This document shows positions 7,205 through 16,960 of a stretch of DNA of 38,690 bases, piece by piece; the stretch's first letter is position 1, and every line of letters begins with the position of its first letter. This DNA comes from Candidatus Hadarchaeota archaeon (GTDB lineage Archaea; Hadarchaeota; Hadarchaeia; Hadarchaeales; Hadarchaeaceae). The translations under genes and the position numbers were made by a program. The DNA lies in contig CAYUMT010000001.1 of the NCBI GenBank assembly GCA_964446015.1, forward strand, positions 1 to 38,690, given 5' to 3'. The notes beneath the pieces are model-generated. The model saw only the letters and a list, made by a program, of their open reading frames with translations. It was not told the origin of the DNA and made no database searches.

Positions 7205-8395
7205 TCACTTGCGACCCTTAAGCAGCCTCTCCATTTCCTTCTCAAGCCACTCCACCGGAGCCTCCTGTATGCTTATTTTAAGGCTCTGGCCGCGTTGCCC
7301 CGGCCCCGATGGTTGAACGTCAACTAGGCCCAACCCATTCATCCTCTGCAGGTACTCCCAGAACTGCGTGTGTTTACGTGAATCCTCGTCGTACTCCTCA
7401 CATACCACGCGATAGTTCTTTTCAACATCGCCTGTAAATGCGTAAGCCCGCCTTGATGACTTCAGCTTCCGTGCCACGGCGAGAAGGACAAGTTTTTCAT
7501 GTAGATGAAGCTCCCGCAAGGTCTCCCTCTTAAGCTCGGGATACACATCGGCCTTGGCCTTCCTCACATGCTCGGGCGTCGCCAAATCCTTACCCTCGCT
7601 GTCCGCAGCCATCCCTGCCCTCCAAAGCAACTCCAACGCAAAACGGGCATCGCCCCAGCGGGAGGCTATGTCAGCTATGAGCTCCAATGTGTCCTCCTCC
7701 ACAGTGCCAGCTTTGAAGGCCTCTCCGACACGCTGTTTCAGTATATCAAGCAGCTGTGTTAAGTTATAGCGGTCAAGCGATAGGACGTTGTGCATGAAGC
7801 TACTCTGAGTGGCTGCGTCCGTGGAACGGAGGAAACTTTTGTCGCGTCCGATCGCGATCATGCTTATACGGTTTTGTCCGCCGGACTCCTCAGCTGCCCT
7901 CGATAGTGAATAAATTAGGTCCGGTCCATTTTGTTCAACGAAGAAATCGAGTTCATCAAGCGTGAGCACAAGGTAAGTGTCATGTGAATTTAAATAGGTG
8001 ATAAGGTCGTTCAATAACTTCTCCGGCCCGAGGCCGCGGTATGGCTCTTTCGGGTTGAAGCGTTGTACGATTTTTGATAGAACAGCGTACAACGTCTTGT
8101 CCTTGCGACAGTTTATATGGAGGTACACTAGGTTCATCTTCCTGTCCTTTGCAGCTGACTCCAGCTCCACGCCGAACTTCCGAGTTAAAGCCGTCTTCCC
8201 GACCCCAACGCTTCCAGTAACTAAAACCCTCTGGCTGGCCCTATTTTCCAGAACAAGCTTGAAAGTCCGGATTAGCTGGCGGAACTCCTCATCCCTGTGC
8301 ACCAATAACTGTGGGACATAATCTGGCATTAGCTTGCTAGCATCTCGGAAGACCGTGTTCCTCCCCATCTCCTCCTCAAAGATCTCCTTGTACAT
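7205..8395 (-). CDS. cdc6: ORC1/Cdc6 replication initiation protein
   Basis: PDYVPQLLVHRDEE, Walker A GSVGVGKT, Walker B LTLDELD, GDARFALELL sensor and C-terminal winged helix; 396 aa. Confidence 0.97.
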   Translation of the reverse strand: MYKEIFEEEMGRNTVFRDASKLMPDYVPQLLVHRDEEFRQLIRTFKLVLENRASQRVLVTGSVGVGKTALTRKFGVELESAAKDRKMNLVYLHINCRKDKTLYAVLSKIVQRFNPKEPYRGLGPEKLLNDLITYLNSHDTYLVLTLDELDFFVEQNGPDLIYSLSRAAEESGGQNRISMIAIGRDKSFLRSTDAATQSSFMHNVLSLDRYNLTQLLDILKQRVGEAFKAGTVEEDTLELIADIASRWGDARFALELLWRAGMAADSEGKDLATPEHVRKAKADVYPELKRETLRELHLHEKLVLLAVARKLKSSRRAYAFTGDVEKNYRVVCEEYDEDSRKHTQFWEYLQRMNGLGLVDVQPSGPGQRGQSLKISIQEAPVEWLEKEMERLLKGRK

Positions 8396-8620
8396 CCGCC
8401 GTTCCCCAAAACCTCTCAGCCGTACATTCTATAATTAATGCTATGTATTTAGGAATTTTAGAAGATGAAAATTGTAAATGAATCCAAAATTCAGTTGGTA
8501 TTCCTAATCGATAGAGAAAATTTTAGACATCTCAAAATGAATCATTATCGAAAAAAATTGACGCAGGAGTAAAAACATCTATTAATAAAGCGTTTTTGTA
8601 TTATCACCATGTTTATTAAT

Positions 8621-9832
8621 TCATTTTTCTTTTTGCTGCCCTTTAAAAGCGATTTTAATGAGAGGCGGGGTAATCAAAGTTGTTGCAAGTATTACCATTA
8701 TGGTCATCGAAAACAACGATGGACTCACAATGTTTGCATTTATACCTATTGCGGCCATTACGAGCGCCACCTCGGCCCTGGGCATCATCCCGATACCAAC
8801 CCTCAACGAGTTCTTGACTCCATAACCACTCAATATTGCTCCAAGTCCGCAGCCTAATATTTTGCTAATCACTGCTACCCCTAGAAAGGCTAGTGCTAAA
8901 AGACTAACAGCGCCCAACGATTGTAAATCTGTACGTACTCCCATCTCGACAAAGAAAAAGGGAATCAGGAACCCGTACCCGACCGTCGAAACCTTCGCCC
9001 GCAGTGGTTCAATAACTGAAGATTTGCTCACGATTAGTCCGACTAGAAAAGCGCCGGTTATGGCCGCTATGTTAACCATCTCAGCAAGGGCGGCGACTAA
9101 AAATACTATCGCGAAGGTTAAGGAGAGTATTATCTCCTCTACCTGAACTCTACCGACGTATGTGAGTATCCTTGGCACTACACGAAAACCGATCAGCAGC
9201 ACAGCAGCGAAAAAAAGTCCCATGAGTGCAAAGGTTTCAATTAGACTAAGCGCCGATATAATCCCAAACGCTAGGCCTGAAAGGACACTTAAGATAATGA
9301 TACCCATCACGTCGTCAATCACCGCTGCGCCAAGAATTGTCATGCCAACACGGGTGTGGAGCCTGTCCACATCTATTAGAGTCCTCACGGTTATACCCAC
9401 ACTAGTCGCGACTAATATCCCCCCAGCAAAGGCCGCTTCAAGAAGTGTCCAGCCGAACACCGACGAAACGCCAAACCCTAGTAAAAACGAAAATACGACT
9501 CCGCTCGCGGCGACCATCGTTGCTGGTTTTCCCGATTTTCTGAACTCCTCCACATCTATGGAGAGCCCGGCTATGAACAGCAATATTATTATCCCTATTT
9601 CAGCCAGTACGCCCATGAACTGGCCTGCTGGAGCATCTGGGTTGATGAACAACGAGACGCCAAACAACCGCCGGGACAAAAACCCAGCGACAGAGGGGCC
9701 AATCAAGATTCCCGCCAAGAGTTCCCCAAAGACTCCTGGTTGCCTTAGTTTTGCTGCCAATACACCCCCCAGCTTCGCCGCAATAAGAAAAATGGCCATG
9801 TATAGAAGCACTGAGGATATCTCAACTTCCAT
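8621..9832 (-). CDS. Cation:proton antiporter (CPA2/NapA-KefB family), paralogue 1
   Basis: QPGVFGELLAGILIGP, ATSVGITV, GAAVIDDV and GMMPRAEVAL motifs; about 12-13 TM segments. Confidence 0.95.
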   Translation of the reverse strand: MEVEISSVLLYMAIFLIAAKLGGVLAAKLRQPGVFGELLAGILIGPSVAGFLSRRLFGVSLFINPDAPAGQFMGVLAEIGIIILLFIAGLSIDVEEFRKSGKPATMVAASGVVFSFLLGFGVSSVFGWTLLEAAFAGGILVATSVGITVRTLIDVDRLHTRVGMTILGAAVIDDVMGIIILSVLSGLAFGIISALSLIETFALMGLFFAAVLLIGFRVVPRILTYVGRVQVEEIILSLTFAIVFLVAALAEMVNIAAITGAFLVGLIVSKSSVIEPLRAKVSTVGYGFLIPFFFVEMGVRTDLQSLGAVSLLALAFLGVAVISKILGCGLGAILSGYGVKNSLRVGIGMMPRAEVALVMAAIGINANIVSPSLFSMTIMVILATTLITPPLIKIAFKGQQKEK

Positions 9833-9851
9833 TATACGCGCCTACCTCAAA
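9532..9851. repeat. 320-bp perfect direct repeat, copy 1 (copy 2 at 10933-11252)
   Basis: Base-by-base comparison at offset 1401 shows identity over the first 100 codons plus 19 nt upstream. Confidence 0.93.
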
Positions 9852-10036
9852 TTTAAAACTCCGCCATAACCCGACTGTACTCGCTAAGTGTTTGAAGGCT
9901 TATTGGCGATAGAGCAGTCTGATGTTTTATGCTGGCTTGAAATATAAAAATATTTGATTTTTTCTCTTTAAACATAAACACAACCGTATAAAATTTACAT
10001 CTTAACTTAAAACGCTTGATATTATTCCAACCCGTT

Positions 10037-11233
10037 TTACTTTTTAAATGCAAATTTAACGAGAGGTGGGGTGATTAGAGAAGTCAATAGTACGACCATT
10101 ACAGTCATGGAAAGCAACGAGGGGCTGACAACGTTTGCTCTTACTCCTATTGCGGCCATTACGAGCGCCACCTCGGCCCTTGGCATCATTCCGACGCCTA
10201 CCTTAAGCGCATCTTTAGGTCCAAAACGGCTCATGAGTGCACCCAAACCGCAACCTACTATTTTATCGAACATGGCGATTCCTAGGAAAGCAAGTGCCAG
10301 GAGGCTGACCGCGCCGAGTGCTTGGACTTCCGTCCGCACCCCTATTTCGACGAAGAAAATGGGGATCAGGAGTCCATACCCGACTGTCGAAGCTTTTCCC
10401 CTGAGCGACTCGGCAACTGGAGATTTACTTATGATAAGACCCACCAGAAAAGCGCCGGTTATGGCCGCTATGTCTACCCTCTCAGCAAGTGCAGAAACTA
10501 GAAATACTATCGCGAAGGATGAAGAGAGTAATATCTCTTCTACACGAACTCTACCGACGTATGTGAGTATCTTTGGTATCACTCGAAAACCAATGAATAA
10601 TAGAACGACAAAAAATATCCCCATCAGCGCGAGGGTTTCTGCCAGGCCCAAAGCGGATATTCCCCCCAATGCCACACCAGAAAGCACAGACAAAATGATA
10701 ATTCCTATCACATCGTCAATTACCGCGGCACCCAAAATTGTCATGCCAACACGAGTGTGAAGCTGGCGTATCTCCATCAGCGTCCTTACAGTGATACCTA
10801 CACTTGTCGCTACCAAAATCCCTCCTGCAAAAGCCGCCTCAAGAGGCGTCCAGCCAAAAATAGATGCCGCCCCGAAACCTAGTAAAAACGCAACAACAGC
10901 TCCACTCGCCGCGACCAATGCCGCGGGCTTTTCCGATTTTCTGAACTCCTCCACATCTATGGAGAGCCCGGCTATGAACAGCAATATTATTATCCCTATT
11001 TCAGCCAGTACGCCCATGAACTGGCCTGCTGGAGCATCTGGGTTGATGAACAACGAGACGCCAAACAACCGCCGGGACAAAAACCCAGCGACAGAGGGGC
11101 CAATCAAGATTCCCGCCAAGAGTTCCCCAAAGACTCCTGGTTGCCTTAGTTTTGCTGCCAATACACCCCCCAGCTTCGCCGCAATAAGAAAAATGGCCAT
11201 GTATAGAAGCACTGAGGATATCTCAACTTCCAT
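10037..11233 (-). CDS. Cation:proton antiporter (CPA2/NapA-KefB family), paralogue 2
   Basis: Same motifs as paralogue 1 (ATSVGITV, AVIDDV, MMPRAEVAL); 398 aa. Confidence 0.95.
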   Translation of the reverse strand: MEVEISSVLLYMAIFLIAAKLGGVLAAKLRQPGVFGELLAGILIGPSVAGFLSRRLFGVSLFINPDAPAGQFMGVLAEIGIIILLFIAGLSIDVEEFRKSEKPAALVAASGAVVAFLLGFGAASIFGWTPLEAAFAGGILVATSVGITVRTLMEIRQLHTRVGMTILGAAVIDDVIGIIILSVLSGVALGGISALGLAETLALMGIFFVVLLFIGFRVIPKILTYVGRVRVEEILLSSSFAIVFLVSALAERVDIAAITGAFLVGLIISKSPVAESLRGKASTVGYGLLIPIFFVEIGVRTEVQALGAVSLLALAFLGIAMFDKIVGCGLGALMSRFGPKDALKVGVGMMPRAEVALVMAAIGVRANVVSPSLLSMTVMVVLLTSLITPPLVKFAFKK

Positions 11234-11252
11234 TATACGCGCCTACCTCAAA
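10933..11252. repeat. 320-bp perfect direct repeat, copy 2
   Basis: Identical to 9532-9851; includes the last 10 nt of the CBS gene. Confidence 0.93.
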
Positions 11253-11728
11253 ATCCTATAAAGTTCCACTATGTCCCTAAGACAAAGCAGCCCAACCAAC
11301 TTCTCATCTTCAACCACCGGGAGGTGACGAAGCTTATGTGCGGCCATCAGGTTCATAGCTTCTACAATCGTCATGTTGGGATTTACAAAAAAAGGACGTT
11401 TGGTCATTATCCCATCGACCGTGTTTGCAGAGTATTTCAATGCATCCCTTATGCTAGCTCCGCCAACGGTGAAACGCGGGGTCGGAGGATGAAACACATG
11501 GAACAAATCACTTTCAGTAACTATACCCACAAGCTTCTGTTCGCTGTCGACCACTGGAAAACAGTCCTCTATTTGGCCCATCATTCGCTCTAGGAGATCG
11601 TCAATGGAAGTATCAGGCTTCACTGTGCGTGGCTTTTTGTTCATAACTTCTCTTACCCTTATCTCGGAAAGCTTGCGTTGACTGATCGGCTCAGGGTCAT
11701 TTTCAACCATTTCTATACACCATATCAA
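11243..11728 (-). CDS. CBS-pair domain protein
   Basis: VREVMNKKPRTV, FPVVD...LVGIVTESD, IMTKRP and LRHLPVVEDEKLVGLL..RD. The true start may be ATG 11710. Confidence 0.93.
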   Translation of the reverse strand: MIWCIEMVENDPEPISQRKLSEIRVREVMNKKPRTVKPDTSIDDLLERMMGQIEDCFPVVDSEQKLVGIVTESDLFHVFHPPTPRFTVGGASIRDALKYSANTVDGIMTKRPFFVNPNMTIVEAMNLMAAHKLRHLPVVEDEKLVGLLCLRDIVELYRILR

Positions 11729-11779
11729 GCTCGTGTATGCAGTTAAGATGCCTCATCTTTAAATACTATTGGTGTAGTT

Positions 11780-12307
11780 TTGATAGTCAAAATCGTGGCA
11801 ATCGGAAAAATTCCTCGCGGATTTTTGGATGCCCTAAAAAGTGAAATCGAAAAAAATTTTATGCCATTCGTCGAGAATTTTGATATTGGTATATCATTAG
11901 ACATGCCTACAGCAGCTTTTAACAGCTTGCGAAAACAGTACGATTCTGATATTGTTCTAGAATGGGTTCCTAGCGTGAGCGATGAGAAAGTGCTCGCAAT
12001 AACAAACTATGACCTCTACACATCCTCGCGCGACCTCAATTTCATCTTCGGCCAAGCCCAATGCCCGGGTAGAGTCTCGTTAGTCTCTCTTCATCGCCTC
12101 TACCCGCCCTTTTACAATGAGAAACCCAACCCCTGTCTTCTTTTGGAACGGGCAACAAAGGAAGCCATACACGAACTAGGCCATACATTTGGGCTCGATC
12201 ATTGCTCTAGCTCACGGTGTGTCATGTGTTTTTCGAATAGCATACGCGATGTGGATAATAAAAAGGCCGCATTTTGTAAAAACTGCAGGAAAAAGCTCAT
12301 CAGATGA
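11780..12307 (+). CDS. amzA: Archaemetzincin zinc metalloprotease
   Basis: HELGHTFGLDHC, Met-turn CVMCFSNS, FCKNC Zn finger and LNFIFGQA. Confidence 0.95.
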   Translation: MIVKIVAIGKIPRGFLDALKSEIEKNFMPFVENFDIGISLDMPTAAFNSLRKQYDSDIVLEWVPSVSDEKVLAITNYDLYTSSRDLNFIFGQAQCPGRVSLVSLHRLYPPFYNEKPNPCLLLERATKEAIHELGHTFGLDHCSSSRCVMCFSNSIRDVDNKKAAFCKNCRKKLIR

Positions 12308-13406
12308 CTTTCGACATACGCGTCTGCCGATAACCCGTAATTACTCGGATATAGCCTCGAAACTCACGGTCGAGCTCAGTATCGCCTGTATCCACCTTCA
12401 GCGTAGGAGTAAGAGCCAGCTTGTTGGGTGTTGCAAGTATCCAGATATTTTCTTTCCCAACTTCCCTCAGCACATTTTGGCTTAACTGAAGGTTGCCCCT
12501 GCCCAGGATGAAGCCCTGCCTGCCTATTGGACTCACTATGATAGTTGCCGAATCGTTCTTCAATTCCCGTAATATTTGCGCTTCGTTCGCATCCTTTGCG
12601 ATTAGCTTATAGTCTTTGATTATATCCACACCCAAAAGGGTAGAGTCATAAATACCGAGCTCTTCAGCAACGGCACGAGTAGTGGTTCCAGGTCCGAGGA
12701 TGTACATGCTTCCCTTTTCCATTAACTCAAAGACCCAACGCGCGATTGCCTTCTGGTCCGCTAGCTCGGAGCCTGAACTGCCCTCCTTGGTCGCCTGTAT
12801 CATCGCTGGCTCGTAGGGAACTTTGACATAGCCTTTAAGTTTCGCTATCAGCCGTCCCTCTCGATAGGCGTCCTCATCTATGTCCATCACTTCGGCCTCA
12901 AGCAACGGTAGCCCCTCGTCCAAGAAAAGCGCCGCGACCTGACCCGCTATATCGGGCGTGTTTGCAAAAACTGCTGAGTGCATCTTCACTCCAGTCGGGA
13001 TTCCAAGAATTGGAATCTTTGTACCTACGGACTCCAGCAGGTCGGATGCCGTGCCATCCCCACCGGCAAACATCAAAAGGTCAACCCCTTCTGAAAGCAT
13101 CTCTTTTGCCGCACGTTTGGTATCCTCCGAAGTTGTGGCTCCAGTTTTTATTTTACCAATAACTTTGGCAGCTAGCTTTGATTCTTTAACCTCATCTTCG
13201 CCCATCTCCGCTGGGTATGTAAATATCTCGAAATTGGTTAGATCGCGCTTTAGCACGCGCAGGGCTTCAATCGCACGGGCAGGGGCTACTGGCTCGGCCC
13301 CGAGCTGACGCGCCTTGGCGAGGATCTCGGGGCTATCCGTGCCCTTTAGGCCTACTCTTCCGCCCATACCAGCAATCGGGTTGACTATCAATCCAAGCCT
13401 TTTCAT
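12300..13406 (-). CDS. ATP-NAD kinase family protein (AcoX-like)
   Basis: GLIVNPIAGMGGRVGLKGTD, GGDGT, GIPTGVKMHSAVFA and GQGF-like GRQGFILGRGN. Start taken at MKRLG. Confidence 0.9.
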   Translation of the reverse strand: MKRLGLIVNPIAGMGGRVGLKGTDSPEILAKARQLGAEPVAPARAIEALRVLKRDLTNFEIFTYPAEMGEDEVKESKLAAKVIGKIKTGATTSEDTKRAAKEMLSEGVDLLMFAGGDGTASDLLESVGTKIPILGIPTGVKMHSAVFANTPDIAGQVAALFLDEGLPLLEAEVMDIDEDAYREGRLIAKLKGYVKVPYEPAMIQATKEGSSGSELADQKAIARWVFELMEKGSMYILGPGTTTRAVAEELGIYDSTLLGVDIIKDYKLIAKDANEAQILRELKNDSATIIVSPIGRQGFILGRGNLQLSQNVLREVGKENIWILATPNKLALTPTLKVDTGDTELDREFRGYIRVITGYRQTRMSKVI

Positions 13407-13586
13407 GCTTATGCAGTCCAAGTTCTGTACAAATAAACGACTTCGCCTGAGCTTTTAACTCACTTCATTATATTGAAAACTGTTTCTAAAATGAAAGCTG
13501 CTAGTATCCCTAACAAACGTGCGATTGTATCCAAATTTTTGCTTCCGCAACCCTCATAACTTCAATTTTCCTTGTTTCTCTGAGGG

Positions 13587-15128
13587 GTGAGGGTGGATAT
13601 CAAGAAAATCATCGATGGGTTGAGCTCTCAAGAAAAGAAAATCCTGCTCGCTCTTAGGCAGGTTGAGGGCAAATCCACCGTTGACAACCTAGCCCTAAAA
13701 ACTAACCTTGATCAGGCTACCGTGATGCGGGCAGCCCTCGGCTTATCCGAAAGTGGGCTTTTGAAAATTCTAGAGGAGAGAACATCAAGAGCCACGCTTA
13801 CTCCTGAGGGCAAAATGTACGCGCGTGGTGGATTGCCCGAACGCAGAATGCTTGTGGCGCTTGACGGCTGCGGCACGAAAACGCTTGACGATGTGGCTGC
13901 TCGCGCGGCTTTGATGGGGGAACAAAGGAGCATTGCCCTGACATGGCTCAAGCGTAAGGGATGGGCCGAATTCACAAAGAAAGACGAGAAAACCTTTTTG
14001 AAGGTTACCGCAGGTGGCGGTGCGGCCCTTTCCAGGGAATCCGAAGAAGAAAAATTGCTTGGTTTGCTTGCCATTCGAGACCACAAAGTCGACGAGCTTT
14101 CTGCCGAGACGAAGGGTGGGCTCCGCACTCTGGTTGATAGAAAGTTGGTTGATGTTGAGGAGAAAACCCAGCGAGAGTTGAAGTTAACCGATCTGGGAAA
14201 CCAGGCGCTTGAATTGGGCTTCGAGCTCGTTGAGGAAGTAAGCGAACTAACTCGCGATATTCTGTTGAATGGGCGATGGCGGGAGGTCAAACTAAAAGGC
14301 TACGATGTATTAGCACCGGGTGTGCCCATATATCCTGGTAAAGTCCATCCACAACAACAGGTAATAGACGAACTTCGGGAGATACTTCTGGAGATGGGCT
14401 TCGCCGAAATAAAAAGTAGGATAGTGGAGTCGGAGTTCTGGAACTTCGACGCCCTCTTTCAAGCTCAAGATCATCCCGCACGTGAAATTCACGACAGTTT
14501 ATCGCTGTCTAAGCCGGCCAAAGCCAAGTTACCTTCACCTACCCTAGTCAAGCGAGTGGCCTCGGCTCACGAGCACGGCATTGCTGGTTCTACGGGGTGG
14601 AGATATAAATTCAACGGGGAAGTGAGCCGTAGGACTGTGTTATGCTCGCAGACCACGGCCGCCACCGTAAGATACTTGGCCTCCCACCCTGACCCACCAT
14701 TAAAAGTTTTCTGCATCGACCGGGTTTACCGCCACGAGAAGATCGACTACAAGCACCTCGCGGAGTTTTACCAAGCTGAGGGTATAGTGATGGATTCAGA
14801 CCTTACCCTCCGCGATATGATGGGGTATCTCAAACAAATAATGGTAAAACTCGGACTCCCAAGGGTAAGGTTCAGGCCCGGGTACTTCCCCTATACGGAA
14901 CCTTCAGTCGAGGCAGATGTTTACTTCCCGGAGAAACGAGAGTGGCTTGAAGTCCTTGGAGCTGGGATGTTCAGGCCGGAGTTGCTTCGCCCGCTCGGCA
15001 TTCGGCATCCAGTGCTCGCTTGGGGAATTGGGTTCTCGCGCCTGTGCATGATACGATTGGGAATTGAAGACATCCGGGACCTCTTCAACAACAATCTCGA
15101 ATGGCTTAAGTCAAGGAGGATGGTTTAG
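13587..15128 (+). CDS. pheS: Phenylalanine-tRNA ligase alpha subunit (archaeal long form)
   Basis: FWNFDALFQAQDHPAREIHD, HLAEFYQAEG, FPYTEPS and GAGMFRPE. Confidence 0.98.
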   Translation: MRVDIKKIIDGLSSQEKKILLALRQVEGKSTVDNLALKTNLDQATVMRAALGLSESGLLKILEERTSRATLTPEGKMYARGGLPERRMLVALDGCGTKTLDDVAARAALMGEQRSIALTWLKRKGWAEFTKKDEKTFLKVTAGGGAALSRESEEEKLLGLLAIRDHKVDELSAETKGGLRTLVDRKLVDVEEKTQRELKLTDLGNQALELGFELVEEVSELTRDILLNGRWREVKLKGYDVLAPGVPIYPGKVHPQQQVIDELREILLEMGFAEIKSRIVESEFWNFDALFQAQDHPAREIHDSLSLSKPAKAKLPSPTLVKRVASAHEHGIAGSTGWRYKFNGEVSRRTVLCSQTTAATVRYLASHPDPPLKVFCIDRVYRHEKIDYKHLAEFYQAEGIVMDSDLTLRDMMGYLKQIMVKLGLPRVRFRPGYFPYTEPSVEADVYFPEKREWLEVLGAGMFRPELLRPLGIRHPVLAWGIGFSRLCMIRLGIEDIRDLFNNNLEWLKSRRMV

Positions 15129-16765
15129 TGCCCTCGATTACCGTGAGCTACCGCGACATATGCAGGCTACTAGGCAAGCGAGTTGAGCAGCTAAAGCTCT
15201 GCGAGCGCTTGAGCATGTTGGGCATGGAGGCTGAAGCCGCAGGGGACGAAATAAAATTAGAGATAACGCACAACCGCCCCGACTTGCTAAGTTCCGAGGG
15301 CGTCGCTAGGGCATTGAAGGGGTTCTTGCGCATAGAAACCTGTATGCCTATCTACGGTGTAAGTAGGTCTAGTGTCACGGTGGAGGTCGACCGTAGCGTC
15401 GAAACAGTTCGTCCGTACATCGCCGCTGGTGTTGTGGAAGGAGTCAAGTTAACAGACGCGGTCATAACGTCCCTCATGCAGTTACAGGAGAAGCTACATA
15501 CGTCGCTTTGTAGAAACCGTCGAAAGGGCTCTATAGGGGTATACGATCTAGACACGATCAATCCGCCTCTTCGCTACACCACGACTCTTCCAGATGGCAT
15601 TCGCTTCATACCTCTTGATCTCGGCCAAGAGATGTCACCAGCTGAGATTCTACACGAGCATCCCAAGGGCATAGAGTACGGCCCAATAATAAGGGACCTG
15701 CCAAGATTTCCATTGCTGATAGACTCACAGGGTGTCGTGCTTTCAATACCCCCCATAATAAACAGTGAGGACACTCGCGTAGAGGAGGATACTAAGGGGT
15801 TATTCATCGACGTAACGGGACTTGATGAACATATGGTTAACTTAGCTCTCAAGATAATGATGACTGGCCTTTCTGAGCGCGGGTTCAAGTTGAAGTCTGC
15901 CATAATAAAGTATCCTGGTAGGCGCGTAACAACCCCCGACCTACGGCCCCGTAAGTTTCGACTAGACGCGCGCGAGGTTAACAGGGTGATAGGGACCCGC
16001 TCTAGCCCCAATGAAGTCGCAAAAATTGCAGGGGCAATGCGTTATGGAGTATCTAAGGCAAAGGGAGAACTTCTGACTCTCCTCATCCCACCCTACAGGG
16101 GAGACATAATGCACAAAATTGATATAATCGAGGACATTGCGATAGGTTACGGTTACGACAACCTCGAGCTAACCATTCCTAAAGTCCTGACGGTAGGCGA
16201 GAGAGACTCGGTTGAGAAATTAAGTGATAGAGCCAGAAGGGTCATGACTGGACTGGGTTTTATGGAAGCCATGACATATACCCTGACCAACCCGCGTGCG
16301 AACTTTGAACTAATGAGAGTAGATGGTGAGGCGGCTGAAATTGCAAATCCAGTATCGGAAGAATACACAATGATAAGGGGCTGTTTGCTTCCCTCTTTGC
16401 TTTTGGTCTTGAAGGAAAATCGAGGCAACCCGCTGCCGCAGAGGGTTTTTGAAGTTGGCGACATCGTAGTGTTGGACCCCAAAACGGAAATCGGGGCAAG
16501 AAATGTAAAACGCGTTGCAGCAGTAGCTATTGGGGAGGACTTTGGGTTCACCTACATCAAGGCAGCAGCGGAGGCACTGCTTAGAGAACTTGGCATTGAA
16601 TGGGGGGTGCGTGAAACTTCAAGCCCGAGCTTCATAGGCGGTCGGGTTGCTGAGTTCTTGGTAAACGGAGAAAGTCGAGTAATCGTTGGAGAACTCCACC
16701 CCGAGGTTATAGTAGGTTTCGAGCTTGAGCATCCCGTTGCGGCATTTGAATTGGATTTGAAGTAA
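15128..16765 (+). CDS. pheT: Phenylalanine-tRNA ligase beta subunit
   Basis: NRPDLLSSEGVAR, PPIINS, DIIEDIAIGYGY and GELHPEV; coupled to pheS. Confidence 0.98.
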   Translation: MPSITVSYRDICRLLGKRVEQLKLCERLSMLGMEAEAAGDEIKLEITHNRPDLLSSEGVARALKGFLRIETCMPIYGVSRSSVTVEVDRSVETVRPYIAAGVVEGVKLTDAVITSLMQLQEKLHTSLCRNRRKGSIGVYDLDTINPPLRYTTTLPDGIRFIPLDLGQEMSPAEILHEHPKGIEYGPIIRDLPRFPLLIDSQGVVLSIPPIINSEDTRVEEDTKGLFIDVTGLDEHMVNLALKIMMTGLSERGFKLKSAIIKYPGRRVTTPDLRPRKFRLDAREVNRVIGTRSSPNEVAKIAGAMRYGVSKAKGELLTLLIPPYRGDIMHKIDIIEDIAIGYGYDNLELTIPKVLTVGERDSVEKLSDRARRVMTGLGFMEAMTYTLTNPRANFELMRVDGEAAEIANPVSEEYTMIRGCLLPSLLLVLKENRGNPLPQRVFEVGDIVVLDPKTEIGARNVKRVAAVAIGEDFGFTYIKAAAEALLRELGIEWGVRETSSPSFIGGRVAEFLVNGESRVIVGELHPEVIVGFELEHPVAAFELDLK

Positions 16766-16774
16766 CTCAGTCGT

Positions 16775-16960
16775 CTATCTTACCTTAAGCGCATATTTTC
16801 CTGGCTTGGTAATGTTGAGCCTCCTCGCTATTTCAGATTCATTTGGGTCTAAAACGACCACATACCCGGCCCAGTCATCTGAAAGCGATGCATTACCACA
16901 GTTCGGACACGTTTTGGAGTCTGTGATAAGGTTACAGTTTCGGCATGCCTTCGTGCTCAA
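16775..16960 (-). CDS. spt4: Transcription elongation factor Spt4 (RpoE'')
   Basis: KACRNC...CPNCG...SDDWAGYVVVLDP..SEIA..PGKYALKVR. TTG start overlaps the rpoE1 stop (TTGA), with a GGAGG RBS. Confidence 0.96.
   Translation of the reverse strand: MSTKACRNCNLITDSKTCPNCGNASLSDDWAGYVVVLDPNESEIARRLNITKPGKYALKVR

Noticed and set aside
8396-8620. Replication origin next to cdc6 (AT-rich intergenic region)
   Set aside because: No repeated ORB motifs (TCCAnnnGAAA plus G-string) are visible; AT richness alone is insufficient.
9162-11261. Long plus-strand ORFs opposite the antiporters, and similar shadow ORFs opposite other core genes
   Set aside because: These are antisense shadows of well-supported genes with no motifs of their own.
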